Shown here: positions 1 through 9,210 of the stretch, piece by piece
Numbering within the stretch: the stretch's first letter is position 1
Layout: the number at the start of each line of letters is the position of its first letter
IMG/VR virus record: IMGVR_UViG_3300008050_007409
Length of the DNA: 64,000 nt
Reading direction: 5' to 3' (one strand)
Source of the DNA: a virus
Program-made: the position numbers and the translations under genes
The notes under the pieces: model-generated
Told to the model about the DNA's origin: nothing
Databases searched by the model: none
The model's input: the letters and a program-made list of their open reading frames with translations, nothing else

Positions 1-2
1 CC

Positions 3-971
3 AGCAAGCTCAAGGGCACCTACGCAGAGGGCCTCCTGAAGTGGCTCCACAGCAACGGGCGGATCCACACCAACTACAGCCCGACCAAGGTGACTGGACG
101 CCTGGGCTCCAACAGCCCGAACCTCCAGAACATCCCGCGCCCCGACTGGGACGTGAAGAAGATCCGCGCTGCCTTCATCCCCGACTGCGAGGACGACATC
201 CTCCTGGACGTGGACTACGGCCAGTTGGAGATGCGGATCCTCGCGTCCGCTGCTGAGGGATACGGCGACTCGACGATGGCAGACGGGATCAGGGGTGGCA
301 TGGACATGCACTCCTTCACCGGTGCCAAGATGATCGGCATCTCCTACGAGGACTTCCTCCAGGGGAAGAAGGACGAAGATCCGCACATCCTCGCAGTCCG
401 CCAGGCGGCCAAGGCCATCAACTTCGGCATCGTCTACGGCATCGCGGCACAGGGACTCTCGATCCAGCTCTCCGAGGCGCTGAAGCGTCGTGTCGGTGAA
501 AGCGAGGCCCAGGGCTACATCGACGCCTACTTCGAGGCCTTCCCCGGCGTGAAGATCTACATGGCCGCGCAGAAGAGCTCTGCTCGCAACGTCGGCTACG
601 TCCAGACCATCGCCGGCCGCTTCCGTCGCCTGAGCGCTGCTCGCAGCAAGAGGCCGATGGAGCGTGGCTACGCCTACCGACAGGCGATCAACGCCCCCAT
701 CCAGGGCTCCGCGGCCGACGTAGTGAAGGACGCGATGATCAAGCTGGAGAACGACGTCTACCTCAGGGATGACCTCGGATGCACCCTGCGCATGCAGGTC
801 CACGACGAGTTCGTCTTCAACGTGAAGAACGGCGCCAACGATCCTGATCTCATCGCAGAGTGCACCGAGATCATCAAGGAGACGATGGAAGCCTGCTTCT
901 CGCAGATCCTCACCGTGCCGCTGATCGCAGATCCTTCGGCGGCCCACAACTGGAGCGATGCAAAGGGATGA
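3..971 (+). CDS. polA: DNA polymerase family A, C-terminal polymerase domain (5'-truncated by window)
   Basis: Frame open from window start (SKLKGTY..GRIHTNY..TGRLGSNSPNLQNIP); motif A DYGQLEMRILA, motif B RQAAKAINFGIVYG, NAPIQGSAAD, motif C QVHDEF. Confidence 0.97.
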   Translation, partial: SKLKGTYAEGLLKWLHSNGRIHTNYSPTKVTGRLGSNSPNLQNIPRPDWDVKKIRAAFIPDCEDDILLDVDYGQLEMRILASAAEGYGDSTMADGIRGGMDMHSFTGAKMIGISYEDFLQGKKDEDPHILAVRQAAKAINFGIVYGIAAQGLSIQLSEALKRRVGESEAQGYIDAYFEAFPGVKIYMAAQKSSARNVGYVQTIAGRFRRLSAARSKRPMERGYAYRQAINAPIQGSAADVVKDAMIKLENDVYLRDDLGCTLRMQVHDEFVFNVKNGANDPDLIAECTEIIKETMEACFSQILTVPLIADPSAAHNWSDAKG

Positions 972-1105
972 GCAACACCGACAAGAAGCCCGAAGAGAAG
1001 GGGATGACGAAGTACGCCGTCGTCCAGGACCCCAAGGAGAAGGAGGCCGCCGCCAAGGCCAAGAAGGACATCGACAAGTCCAAGAAGGCCAAGCCCAAGA
1101 AGTGA
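968..1105 (+). CDS. small Lys-rich hypothetical protein (45 aa)
   Basis: ATGA overlap with polymerase stop; GC3-rich codons; MSNTDKKPEEKGMTKYAVVQDP... Confidence 0.7.
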   Translation: MSNTDKKPEEKGMTKYAVVQDPKEKEAAAKAKKDIDKSKKAKPKK

Positions 1106-1374
1106 GGCGGCTCATCCTGGGCGCAGCGGCCCTCTTCGCGCTGGTCCTCCACCCCCTCCGGACGCTCAAGTCCGTGATCCAGGGAGCTCGGGAGGGCTGG
1201 CGCCGAGGGGTGGCCGGTGAGCCGAAAGAGCAGATGCCCTCCATGCGGGGGCACGTGGTGGACGTGGAGATCGCTCCTCGGAAGCCCTCCCACCGAACCT
1301 ACGGGTTCAGCCACCAGATCATCGAAGTAGGAGAGACCAGTGCCCTCGCAGTCCGCAACGAAGAAGGCCCGTAA
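1102..1374 (+). CDS. hypothetical protein with N-terminal hydrophobic segment
   Basis: GTGA overlap with previous stop; [17 protein letters not shown]. Confidence 0.6.
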   Translation: MRRLILGAAALFALVLHPLRTLKSVIQGAREGWRRGVAGEPKEQMPSMRGHVVDVEIAPRKPSHRTYGFSHQIIEVGETSALAVRNEEGP

Positions 1375-2386
1375 GAGGGGCGAGAAGCAAGCCCTCGGCG
1401 ACCCCGAGAAGGTCATCGCTGACCTGATCAGCACCATCAACTCGAAGGGGGACGGCCAGATCGGCACGGTCCGAGGGAAGCACGGCATCAAGGCCGAGGT
1501 CTCCGGAGCTGTCCCTTCCGGCTCCATCGGTCTGGACAAGGCCATCGGCGTGGGCGGCTACCCGGCCGGTCGTGTCATCGAGATCTACGGCCCCGAGTCC
1601 AGCGGCAAGACCACCCTGGCCCTGCACGCCATCGCCAAGGCGCAGGAGATGGGCAAGGTCGCCGCGTTCATCGACGCTGAGCACGCGCTCGACTCCGAGT
1701 ACGCGGCAGCCCTGGGCGTCGACCTCGAGCACCTCCTCCTCTCCCAGCCCGACTGTGGAGAAGACGCGCTGCAGGTGGTAGACGACCTGATCCGCACCAA
1801 CAAGGTCGGCATCATCGTCATCGACTCTGTGGCGGCGCTCGTGCCCAAGGCCGAGCTCGAGGGCGACATGGGCGACTCGCTGCCGGGCCTCCAGGCCCGG
1901 CTGATGTCCCAGGCGCTGCGGAAGATCACGGGCGCCATCAGCAGGAGCGACTGCGTGGTGATCTTCATCAACCAGATCCGCTACAAGATCGGCGTCAAGT
2001 TCGGCTCCCCCGAGACCACCAGCGGAGGCAACTCGCTGAAGTTCTACGCCTCGGTCCGTCTGGACATCCGCCGCATCGGCTCCGTGAAGAAGGGCGAAGA
2101 CCTCACGGGCAACCGCACCCGCGTCAAGGTGGTGAAGAACAAGGTCTCCCCGCCCTTCAAGAAGGTGGAGTTCGACATCGCCTTCGGCATCGGCATCGAC
2201 GAGGCCGGCGAGCTGCTGGACATGGGCATCGACAACGGCACCCTGGTCCGCTCCGGCTCCTGGTACTACGACGGTCCCAAGTCGGACGGGAAGGCGGTCG
2301 GCCAGGGTCGAGATCGAGCCAAGAGGAACATCCTCGAGGACCTCGACCTCTACAACCGGCTGAGGGCGGCGGCGCTCGATGGCTGA
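1340..2386 (+). CDS. recA: RecA recombinase
   Basis: GPESSGKTT Walker [70 protein letters not shown]; RBS AGGAG. Confidence 0.98.
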   Translation: MPSQSATKKARKRGEKQALGDPEKVIADLISTINSKGDGQIGTVRGKHGIKAEVSGAVPSGSIGLDKAIGVGGYPAGRVIEIYGPESSGKTTLALHAIAKAQEMGKVAAFIDAEHALDSEYAAALGVDLEHLLLSQPDCGEDALQVVDDLIRTNKVGIIVIDSVAALVPKAELEGDMGDSLPGLQARLMSQALRKITGAISRSDCVVIFINQIRYKIGVKFGSPETTSGGNSLKFYASVRLDIRRIGSVKKGEDLTGNRTRVKVVKNKVSPPFKKVEFDIAFGIGIDEAGELLDMGIDNGTLVRSGSWYYDGPKSDGKAVGQGRDRAKRNILEDLDLYNRLRAAALDG

Positions 2387-2999
2387 GGCTGAGGTCACCT
2401 GCAACTACTGCGATCAGTCGGGCACGGTCATCGTGCACGACGTGGTGGGGAAGACGGCCGAGTACGAGGACCGGATCCCTCACCTGGAGTCCTGCTCCAT
2501 CCGGAAGAAGCTGGAGAGCGCGGCCCTGCCCACCCGGCAGCCGCGCCACCTCAAGAAGAAGCGCTGGGTGAAGCAGGAGCGCCGCGCAGCTGAGAAGCTG
2601 GGCCTCCACGCAACCCCGGCGTCCGGGGCCCTGGGTGAGGACGGCGACGCCCGCGAATTCCACGGCATCCGCCTGGAGTGCAAGGGCACCGACTCGGACA
2701 GGTTCTCCTTGAGCCAGGCCGTGTGGTCCAAGCTGGTGACCGGTGCTCGACGCGCCGATGAGATCCCGGTCCTGCAGGTGGAGCTCCGCGGCTCTGCTGG
2801 CCTCTGCCGGTTCTACATCTTCGCCCAGGGCTCCTACGCCATGGAGTCCCAGGAGCACAAGCAGAAGTCTGTCCGCCGGGGGCTCCACCTCCGGAGAACG
2901 GATCAGGCTCGCACCCCCTTCCACGTGACCGCCTTGGACCCAGTCCCTGTCGTGGTCACTGAACGCCAACTACTCGAGGCCATCCGTGCAACTGAGTGA
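2379..2999 (+). CDS. PD-(D/E)XK endonuclease, Hjc-like Holliday junction resolvase with N-terminal Cys motif
   Basis: [25 protein letters not shown] pattern typical of phage Hjc-like resolvases; CNYC at N-terminus. Confidence 0.7.
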   Translation: MAEAEVTCNYCDQSGTVIVHDVVGKTAEYEDRIPHLESCSIRKKLESAALPTRQPRHLKKKRWVKQERRAAEKLGLHATPASGALGEDGDAREFHGIRLECKGTDSDRFSLSQAVWSKLVTGARRADEIPVLQVELRGSAGLCRFYIFAQGSYAMESQEHKQKSVRRGLHLRRTDQARTPFHVTALDPVPVVVTERQLLEAIRATE

Positions 3000-4314
3000 C
3001 ATCGTCTACGAGGTCCTGCGGGAGTCCAGGGATGACCTCCTCCCTCTGGAAGTCCAGGACCTGATCAGGAACGCCTGCTCCTACCGCAGCTTCCTCAAGC
3101 TGATCCGAGAGGAGCAGAACCAGAGGGGCCCCTCCCCGGAGGAGATCCTCCTCATCGAGTCCGCAAACAACTTCCGGGGCTTCTTCCAGAAGTACATGTC
3201 CGGCGCCTTCGGTGACCGGTACTCCCCGCCCGAGGAGGTCTGGTACGAGGGCGTCGTCCGTGTCCGCTACGAGGGCATGCTCGACAACATCCCCGTCTTC
3301 CTGGAGACGCTGCCCTACAAGCAGTACCAGCAAGGGCAGATCCCCAAGCGCATCCAGCACGCCATCGCGGCGCGAACCCACCTCCTGGGCACAGACATGG
3401 CCTACGTGGTGATCATGGATCAGAACACCCAGGGGTGGAACGCCTGGCAGCTGACCGGGGACTTCAACGTCGTCGGCGAGCTCGCGCTGCAGGACGTCGG
3501 CTACCTCAAGAGCCTGGCTGAAGGCATCGCCGACAGCATGGGGATCCGGACCGAGTGCGAGGCCTGCCCCTACGAGCAGGTCTGCGACGTCGACAACCAC
3601 ATGAGCTCTGTCCAGAGCTTCCCGAGGGTGGCCTACAGGACCACGCACGACTCCGAGCTCATCAAGGAGCTGGAGAAGTACCTCTGGGGCCTGAACAAGA
3701 AGAGCACAGGTCGCAAGACCCACGTGATCCACCCCTCGGAGCTGACGACCTCGAAGTGCGACCGCGCCATCGCCTACGGGCTGCAGGGTGTCGCTGAGCG
3801 GCGGAGCATCGAGCCCGGCCTTCGCCGGATCTTCGACATGGGTCACGCGGCCCACGACCTGGTCCAGATGGCCATCAAGTACCACCTCGGGGACGAAGCC
3901 ATCCTCGAAGCCAGGTGCACGCACGAGCACCTGAAGATCTCCGGCAGCTGCGACATCGCCCTTGAGGACGACGCTGTAGAGATCAAGACGATGTCCTTCA
4001 AGGGCCACGACAAGCTCAACAAGCAGAAGCCCGAGCACGAGGACCAGGACACCATCTACGCCACCGCGTTGGAGAAGGACCACCTGCGGTTCCTCTACAT
4101 CAACAAGAACTCCGGCGTGATCAAGGAGTTCAGGAAGAAGGTCAGCCGACAGCGGTGGCACAAGCTGGCTACCCGAGCCTCTCGCATCGTGAAGGCTGTC
4201 GGAGAGGGCGTCCTGCCCGAGCAGATCGACAAGCCCTACATCTGCAACAAGTGCAAGTACGCATGGCATTGCAAGCCGGAGATCACTGGAAACAACAGGA
4301 AGTTCAGACGATGA
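2986..4314 (+). CDS. Cas4-like/RecB-family PD-(D/E)XK exonuclease with two tandem domains
   Basis: C-terminal domain HPSEL..CDR..GHAAH..SGSCD..EIKT..Q..Y..CNKCKYAWHC; N-terminal half ends in CEACPYEQVC. Confidence 0.8.
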   Translation: MQLSDIVYEVLRESRDDLLPLEVQDLIRNACSYRSFLKLIREEQNQRGPSPEEILLIESANNFRGFFQKYMSGAFGDRYSPPEEVWYEGVVRVRYEGMLDNIPVFLETLPYKQYQQGQIPKRIQHAIAARTHLLGTDMAYVVIMDQNTQGWNAWQLTGDFNVVGELALQDVGYLKSLAEGIADSMGIRTECEACPYEQVCDVDNHMSSVQSFPRVAYRTTHDSELIKELEKYLWGLNKKSTGRKTHVIHPSELTTSKCDRAIAYGLQGVAERRSIEPGLRRIFDMGHAAHDLVQMAIKYHLGDEAILEARCTHEHLKISGSCDIALEDDAVEIKTMSFKGHDKLNKQKPEHEDQDTIYATALEKDHLRFLYINKNSGVIKEFRKKVSRQRWHKLATRASRIVKAVGEGVLPEQIDKPYICNKCKYAWHCKPEITGNNRKFRR

Positions 4315-4961
4315 GCGAAGAGAACAGATCGCGCTTCAGCGCACCTGCCCAGATCCGAGTCGACGAGCTCATCAGCATCTACGACGGGATCCTCCCGGCC
4401 GTGGACGCGATCCTCGCCGACAAGGAGATCACCACCGAGCTCCCGCAGCCTCGCATGCCGCTGGGGATCGAAGACTACCTGGTCGAGGCCGACAACGGCG
4501 ACCCGGTCCTGCCCGACGACCTGACGGTCCTGGGCGACAAGGAGATCGGGAAGCTGTTCAGCTTCTTCACCAACTGGACCAACTACGTCCAGGGGCTGCT
4601 CACCACCGCCGAGTGCGCTCGCGACGTGATCAAGTCCAAGGTGGCGACGCTGGAGAAGGCCCTGATCATCACCTACCAGGAGGAGGACTCCCGACTCTCC
4701 GACGCGAAGGCCAAGGCGAAGATCCGCCTGGACCGACGCTTCGTGGAGGCCGAAGCTGCCTACCAGCGCTCTGTGGTCCTGGCCAAGCGGCTCTCGACCC
4801 GGTGGGATCAGCTCAAGCGATCCGAGAAGGTGATCTCCCGAGAGCAGACCCGTCGAGCTCAGGAGCTGGAGGCACTTCAGCATGAGCAGCGCGGCGGCCG
4901 CACCTTCGACCGGAGTCGAGGTCGTGGAGGACCTCGAGGAGGCGGCGGGAGGTACGACTGA
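4311..4961 (+). CDS. helical protein, possible UvsY-like recombination mediator
   Basis: ATGA overlap; amphipathic helical composition; position in RecA/nuclease module; Arg/Gly-rich tail. Function is inference. Confidence 0.45.
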   Translation: MSEENRSRFSAPAQIRVDELISIYDGILPAVDAILADKEITTELPQPRMPLGIEDYLVEADNGDPVLPDDLTVLGDKEIGKLFSFFTNWTNYVQGLLTTAECARDVIKSKVATLEKALIITYQEEDSRLSDAKAKAKIRLDRRFVEAEAAYQRSVVLAKRLSTRWDQLKRSEKVISREQTRRAQELEALQHEQRGGRTFDRSRGRGGPRGGGGRYD

Positions 4962-5572
4962 TGGAGTCCCTGACCCCAGAAGCCTTGATCTCTCAGCTCC
5001 TTGCAGAGCGGTGCGGAGGTCGGTGCCTGGATGACGAGGAGGACCGCCTGGCTGTCGCTGAGTGGGTCCTGGACTTCATGGAGGTCATGGCGGAGGGGCC
5101 TCAACCCCTCGCCACCTTCAGATTCCCAGATCCCCCTCCCAGCGCCAACAAGATCTACACCGTCAACCGAGGGCGGAAGATCTTGATGGCCGAAGCCAGG
5201 AAGTGGAAGAACCGCTTCGTCACCAGCAAGGGTGGGGCTCATTTCCTGGAGCTGGCTTCCTTGGATCTGAGCGACCATGATCAGTTCCACCTGGAGATCT
5301 GGATCTACCTTGATGAGGAGGAGATCCGGAACGTGAAGTTCGGCCAGGACAAGAGGACCAAGTACCCCTACGCAAAGGTCGACACCTCCAACTTCTTCAA
5401 GCTGGCGGAGGATGCAGTCACCGAGCTGCTGGGGGTCACCTGTGACCGGCAGAACTTCAAGATCTCCGCGCATAAGAGGGTAGCCGACGACCGCGGCCGT
5501 AGGATCGTCATACACCTCTTCCCCTACAACTCTCACCCTGATCCCTTGGATGCTGCCCCGGCCGTGGGTTAG
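4961..5572 (+). CDS. RusA-like Holliday junction resolvase
   Basis: PPSANKIY..GRK..EARKWK and KVDTSNFFKLAEDAV..CDRQ resemble RusA D-x-D-N-x-x-K-x-x-x-D...DD motifs. Confidence 0.7.
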   Translation: MESLTPEALISQLLAERCGGRCLDDEEDRLAVAEWVLDFMEVMAEGPQPLATFRFPDPPPSANKIYTVNRGRKILMAEARKWKNRFVTSKGGAHFLELASLDLSDHDQFHLEIWIYLDEEEIRNVKFGQDKRTKYPYAKVDTSNFFKLAEDAVTELLGVTCDRQNFKISAHKRVADDRGRRIVIHLFPYNSHPDPLDAAPAVG

Positions 5573-5596
5573 CCTGAGATCGGAACTGGAAGCGGA

Positions 5597-5944
5597 ATGT
5601 CGCGGAAGAAGAAGACTGGCTGGGACTTTGATCCCCAACGACTGGACGAGGTGAGCCTGAGCGAACTCGTCCAGATCGCACGGTACATGGGCCACACCCA
5701 TGCGACCCACCAGGTCCCCCGAGAAGAGCTGGAGAACCTGCTCCTCGGCGAGGACTTCGAGGTGGAAGATCCCCTGGAGATCATCCGGGAGAAGACCCAC
5801 GAATACATCAAGGGCAACGCCGTGTTGCTCTCCACCTTGCGCTGCTCCTCGCATTGCCCCACCTGCCCGCACGAGCGGGTCGTGCACTGCTTCGCGATGA
5901 ACAGCGACCTGATCTTGCCCCCTGAAGAGAACCCCATCACCTGA
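5597..5944 (+). CDS. hypothetical protein with C-terminal Cys cluster
   Basis: CSSHCPTCPHERVVHC; coding-like codon usage. Confidence 0.75.
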   Translation: MSRKKKTGWDFDPQRLDEVSLSELVQIARYMGHTHATHQVPREELENLLLGEDFEVEDPLEIIREKTHEYIKGNAVLLSTLRCSSHCPTCPHERVVHCFAMNSDLILPPEENPIT

Positions 5945-5952
5945 GAGGACCA

Positions 5953-7248
5953 ATGGCTGAAATCACGATCCACACCGAGGTCGCAGACGCCAAGAAGCGC
6001 AAGGAGCAGATCCGTCTGCTCCAGCTTGTCATCGGCTGTGTCGACGGAGACTACATCCGCGCCGTGACCACCATCCGCCGGCCGGAGATCCCGCCCATCA
6101 TCGCCGCCAAGCGCGCTGGACTGTTCGACTACGGGCAGCTCCTGGTCGAGACCTCCGCCGGTCGTCGCTGGCCCCCTGCTGCCGAGGTCCTCGAGGCCAT
6201 CAAGGTCGCCGGCGACGGTGAGCTGACCGTCGAGTCCCCGGAGTGGCTCGCCATCCTGAAGAGCATCGGCATCGACGACGTCGAGAAGGTCCACGACGGC
6301 ACCAAGGTCAAGAGCCCGGAGCACCTCTTCCACCTGGTGACCGAGTTCACCATCCTGGACGACGGCGGCCGGAAGACCAAGCCCATGCGTCGCAAGAAGG
6401 CCGCGCCGAAGAAGAAGGTCGCGCCGAAGGTCGTCGAGGAGGTCGTCGAGGCCCCTGAAGAGGTCGAGGAGGCTCCGCCCGCCGAGGAGAAGCCCAAGGT
6501 CCGGAAGCCTCGTGCCCGCCGGAAGCCGAAGGCTCAGCCCGAGCCGGAGGTCGAGGAGGCGTCCAAGCAGGCGCCCTCCATCGACACCGACGAGCTCATG
6601 GAGCAGATGGCCGGAGCCTTCCAGGCCCTGGACGGGGAGATCTCCAAGAAGATCGACCACGCCACCCAGGAGCTGACCGGCCGCGTGGACGTCTGCCGCG
6701 AGGAGATGGCCCAGGCCCACGGCGGCCTGTTCCGTGCCCTGCAGCTGGTGGCCAAGCTGGGGCTGACCGTCTACCAGCGTCAGGAGGACATCGCCCTCGA
6801 TCCGATGGGCGATGCCGCCGAGCTGTCGGACGACGAGATCTCCGAGCTGGAGGAGCTCGTGGGCTACCAGCTCGACGACCTGCCGGAGGTCGCTCCTGAC
6901 CCCGACGAAGAGGAGGAGGAGGAGGTCGCTCCCGAGGAGGAGGTCGCTCCCGAGGAGGACGACTCTGCTCCCGAGGAGGCCGAGGATGAGGGAGGTGACG
7001 AAGACTCCGACGACGACGTCAACGTCATCGAGCTCTCCGACGAGCACGCGAACATGTCCGACGAGGAGTTCGCTGGACTCATCGCGGACGTGGACGACAT
7101 CGAGGTGAACGACCTCAACATCCTCGACGACTTCAGCGTCGAGAAGATCCGGGCGCTCGCGCTCCGGGTCGGTGTCCCCGGCGCCAAGTCCATCAACCAC
7201 CGCAAGCTGCTGATCACCCGTATCCGCGGCGCCCTCTCTCCGGAGTAG
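5953..7248 (+). CDS. acidic low-complexity protein with possible C-terminal SAP/Rho-N-like helix-extended-helix
   Basis: RBS GAGG; K/A/P-rich then D/E-rich tracts; DDFSVEKIRALALRVGVPGAKSINHRKLLITRI. Confidence 0.7.
   Translation: MAEITIHTEVADAKKRKEQIRLLQLVIGCVDGDYIRAVTTIRRPEIPPIIAAKRAGLFDYGQLLVETSAGRRWPPAAEVLEAIKVAGDGELTVESPEWLAILKSIGIDDVEKVHDGTKVKSPEHLFHLVTEFTILDDGGRKTKPMRRKKAAPKKKVAPKVVEEVVEAPEEVEEAPPAEEKPKVRKPRARRKPKAQPEPEVEEASKQAPSIDTDELMEQMAGAFQALDGEISKKIDHATQELTGRVDVCREEMAQAHGGLFRALQLVAKLGLTVYQRQEDIALDPMGDAAELSDDEISELEELVGYQLDDLPEVAPDPDEEEEEEVAPEEEVAPEEDDSAPEEAEDEGGDEDSDDDVNVIELSDEHANMSDEEFAGLIADVDDIEVNDLNILDDFSVEKIRALALRVGVPGAKSINHRKLLITRIRGALSPE
6916..6957 (+). repeat. 18-bp tandem repeat (EEEVAP x2.3)
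   Basis: gaggaggaggtcgctccc at 6916 and 6934, partial third copy. Confidence 0.85.
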
Positions 7249-7260
7249 GCTGCGATGACG

Positions 7261-7288
7261 GCGCCCCCTCCCAGGCGGGAGGGGGCGT
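7261..7288. terminator. hairpin between convergent replication and virion operons
   Basis: gcgccccctccc-aggc-gggagggggcgt, 12-bp stem; no long U tract. Confidence 0.7.
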
Positions 7289-7647
7289 CAGTCCTGGTCT
7301 TCTTCGCCCATGGCCCGCTCGAGCACGTCGTCAGGCAGCGTGATCATCAGCCGTAGGAGCTTGCGCAGCTCTGGCGTCTGCGCTGCCCACAGCTCGCGGA
7401 ACTCATCTCCGGAGGCCTGAATGGCCTCCTGCTGGGCGTCCAGCTCCTTCTTCGCCTTCTTCTTCCGGCGCTTGAAGGTGGACTCGGTGATCCGGACAAC
7501 GGTGTCCGACTTCGCGTCGTACCGGGCCAGGCGAGGGGGGATCTCCTCGGAGGCCTGGACGATCTTCTGTCCAGGCTGAGGGACGATGGGGCCCTTGACG
7601 AGGAGGAGGACTTGCTTGGTCGAAGTGTCGACGAGGTAGTCAGTCAT
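7288..7647 (-). CDS. hypothetical protein, possible tail fibre assembly chaperone
   Basis: Last gene after two fibre-like genes; size and position only. Confidence 0.5.
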   Translation of the reverse strand: MTDYLVDTSTKQVLLLVKGPIVPQPGQKIVQASEEIPPRLARYDAKSDTVVRITESTFKRRKKKAKKELDAQQEAIQASGDEFRELWAAQTPELRKLLRLMITLPDDVLERAMGEEDQD

Positions 7648-7650
7648 GGA

Positions 7651-9210
7651 TCAACCGTAGAAGACGATGACGTGGTAGTCGCCGCCGTCGAAGACGCTGC
7701 CGAGGTTGCCGCCTGCGAAGTCGCCGTCGATGAAGACGTTGCCGGCCGGGTCCACAGCGACGACGGCCTTGGCGGTGGTGGTGGATGCCCTGTTGAGCTC
7801 AGCCACGTAGAACTTGCCGGCGCCGGCATCCTCGACCTTCACGATCACCCCCTTGATGCCGACGATGCCGGTGGCGATCGTGACGGCCACGGCCGGAGTG
7901 CCGAAGGTGCCTGAGTACTCGGCCCAGCGCATGGAACCGAGGGGAGCTCCGGCGGTGTCGTAGAAGGACAACCCACCGCCAGGGCTGAACTCGAAGCCCT
8001 TCCCAGAGCCCATGTGCTCGAGGCGTAGGTTGCCTGGGGCGAAGCCCTTGAAGCTCCACTGGTTGCCCGCACCGTCGTCGATGAGCAGCTCCCGGATCTC
8101 CAGCGTCCCGTCTGCGTGCAGGATCGTGAAGGGGGTGGGACCTCCTCCAACCTTGGTCTGGAGCACGACGTCGGGGCCGCCTGGCCAGTCCAGCTCGATC
8201 GGCCCCTTGGCAGGTGATCCGGAGATGTCCGGTCCAGCGTCGTAGGCGTCCTGGAAGTCGACGACGCCTGCGTCGCCCTGGGGACCCTGCCCGCCTGAGA
8301 CGTTGATGAACTCGACGTTGGCGCCAACTCCTGGCTCCTTGCCGGCCTTGAACGAGACCATGTGCACGGTGTCGCCAGCAAGGCCAGGTTCGTCGTAGTC
8401 GATGCCGGCGATCTTCACGATTCCGTTGACGTGCACCAGCAGCTGACCAGAGCCATTGATGTACCCGAAGCCTTGATCGTAGACCTCGTAGACGAGCCCC
8501 GTCCCTACCGTCGCCAGGGTGTTGATCGTCACGTTGAAGTTGTCGATCACCTGAGTGATCTGGAAGACTCCATCCCCCTGGATGTGCAGGAAGGACATCG
8601 AGTCCGGCTCACCCAGGGTGTTTGGGATCCAGGTGTTGAACGCCGCCGTCGGGGAGTTGAAGTTGGTGCGATCTCCGATGAGGACGATGCCGTCCGCGGC
8701 CCCTCCGTTCTCCCTTCCGATCGGGTACGGGTGAGGATTCAGACGGCCATCGGAGAGGGTGTCCACCCGATCAGTACCCTGCTCGGATGTGCCGATCAGC
8801 TTCGACTCACCGTGGTTGAAGATCGTCCCGTCCCTGACGTAGAGGCGGTCGTCCAAGCCTCTGAGAGCGATGGGGATGATGTCGTCGGCGTTGAAGATCG
8901 AGTTGGCGATGTCGTCTGTGATCATGAAAGTCGCAGACGGGCCCGACCTGTCTACGATGATCCTGGCCGTCTTCCCTGCTACGTCCAGCCCGCCGACAGC
9001 TCCGGCGGGGATGGTGTGCGTCCCGACGCTCTGGACGTAGATCGTGATCTCATCGGTCCAGGAGAGGTTGTTCGTGGAGGCGTCCCACGTCCACGTCCCT
9101 CCACCTGTGATGAAGATCCCCCTGTCCTGTCGGGTGTTGACGATGGACTCGGCGTCCTTGGTCTGGCTACGGCCCAGCGTCGCCGGCTCTGTGGTGCTCG
9201 GAGAAGACAT
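7651..9210 (-). CDS. tail fibre-like virion protein
   Basis: Gly/Thr-rich beta composition; GGGTWTWD module shared with upstream gene; LLVHVNG; short collagen-like GGQGPQGDAG. Confidence 0.7.
   Translation of the reverse strand: MSSPSTTEPATLGRSQTKDAESIVNTRQDRGIFITGGGTWTWDASTNNLSWTDEITIYVQSVGTHTIPAGAVGGLDVAGKTARIIVDRSGPSATFMITDDIANSIFNADDIIPIALRGLDDRLYVRDGTIFNHGESKLIGTSEQGTDRVDTLSDGRLNPHPYPIGRENGGAADGIVLIGDRTNFNSPTAAFNTWIPNTLGEPDSMSFLHIQGDGVFQITQVIDNFNVTINTLATVGTGLVYEVYDQGFGYINGSGQLLVHVNGIVKIAGIDYDEPGLAGDTVHMVSFKAGKEPGVGANVEFINVSGGQGPQGDAGVVDFQDAYDAGPDISGSPAKGPIELDWPGGPDVVLQTKVGGGPTPFTILHADGTLEIRELLIDDGAGNQWSFKGFAPGNLRLEHMGSGKGFEFSPGGGLSFYDTAGAPLGSMRWAEYSGTFGTPAVAVTIATGIVGIKGVIVKVEDAGAGKFYVAELNRASTTTAKAVVAVDPAGNVFIDGDFAGGNLGSVFDGGDYHVIVFYG

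Noticed and set aside
2986-4314. Cas4-like gene as part of a CRISPR-Cas system
   Set aside because: No repeat-spacer array or other cas genes seen; the context is recombination.
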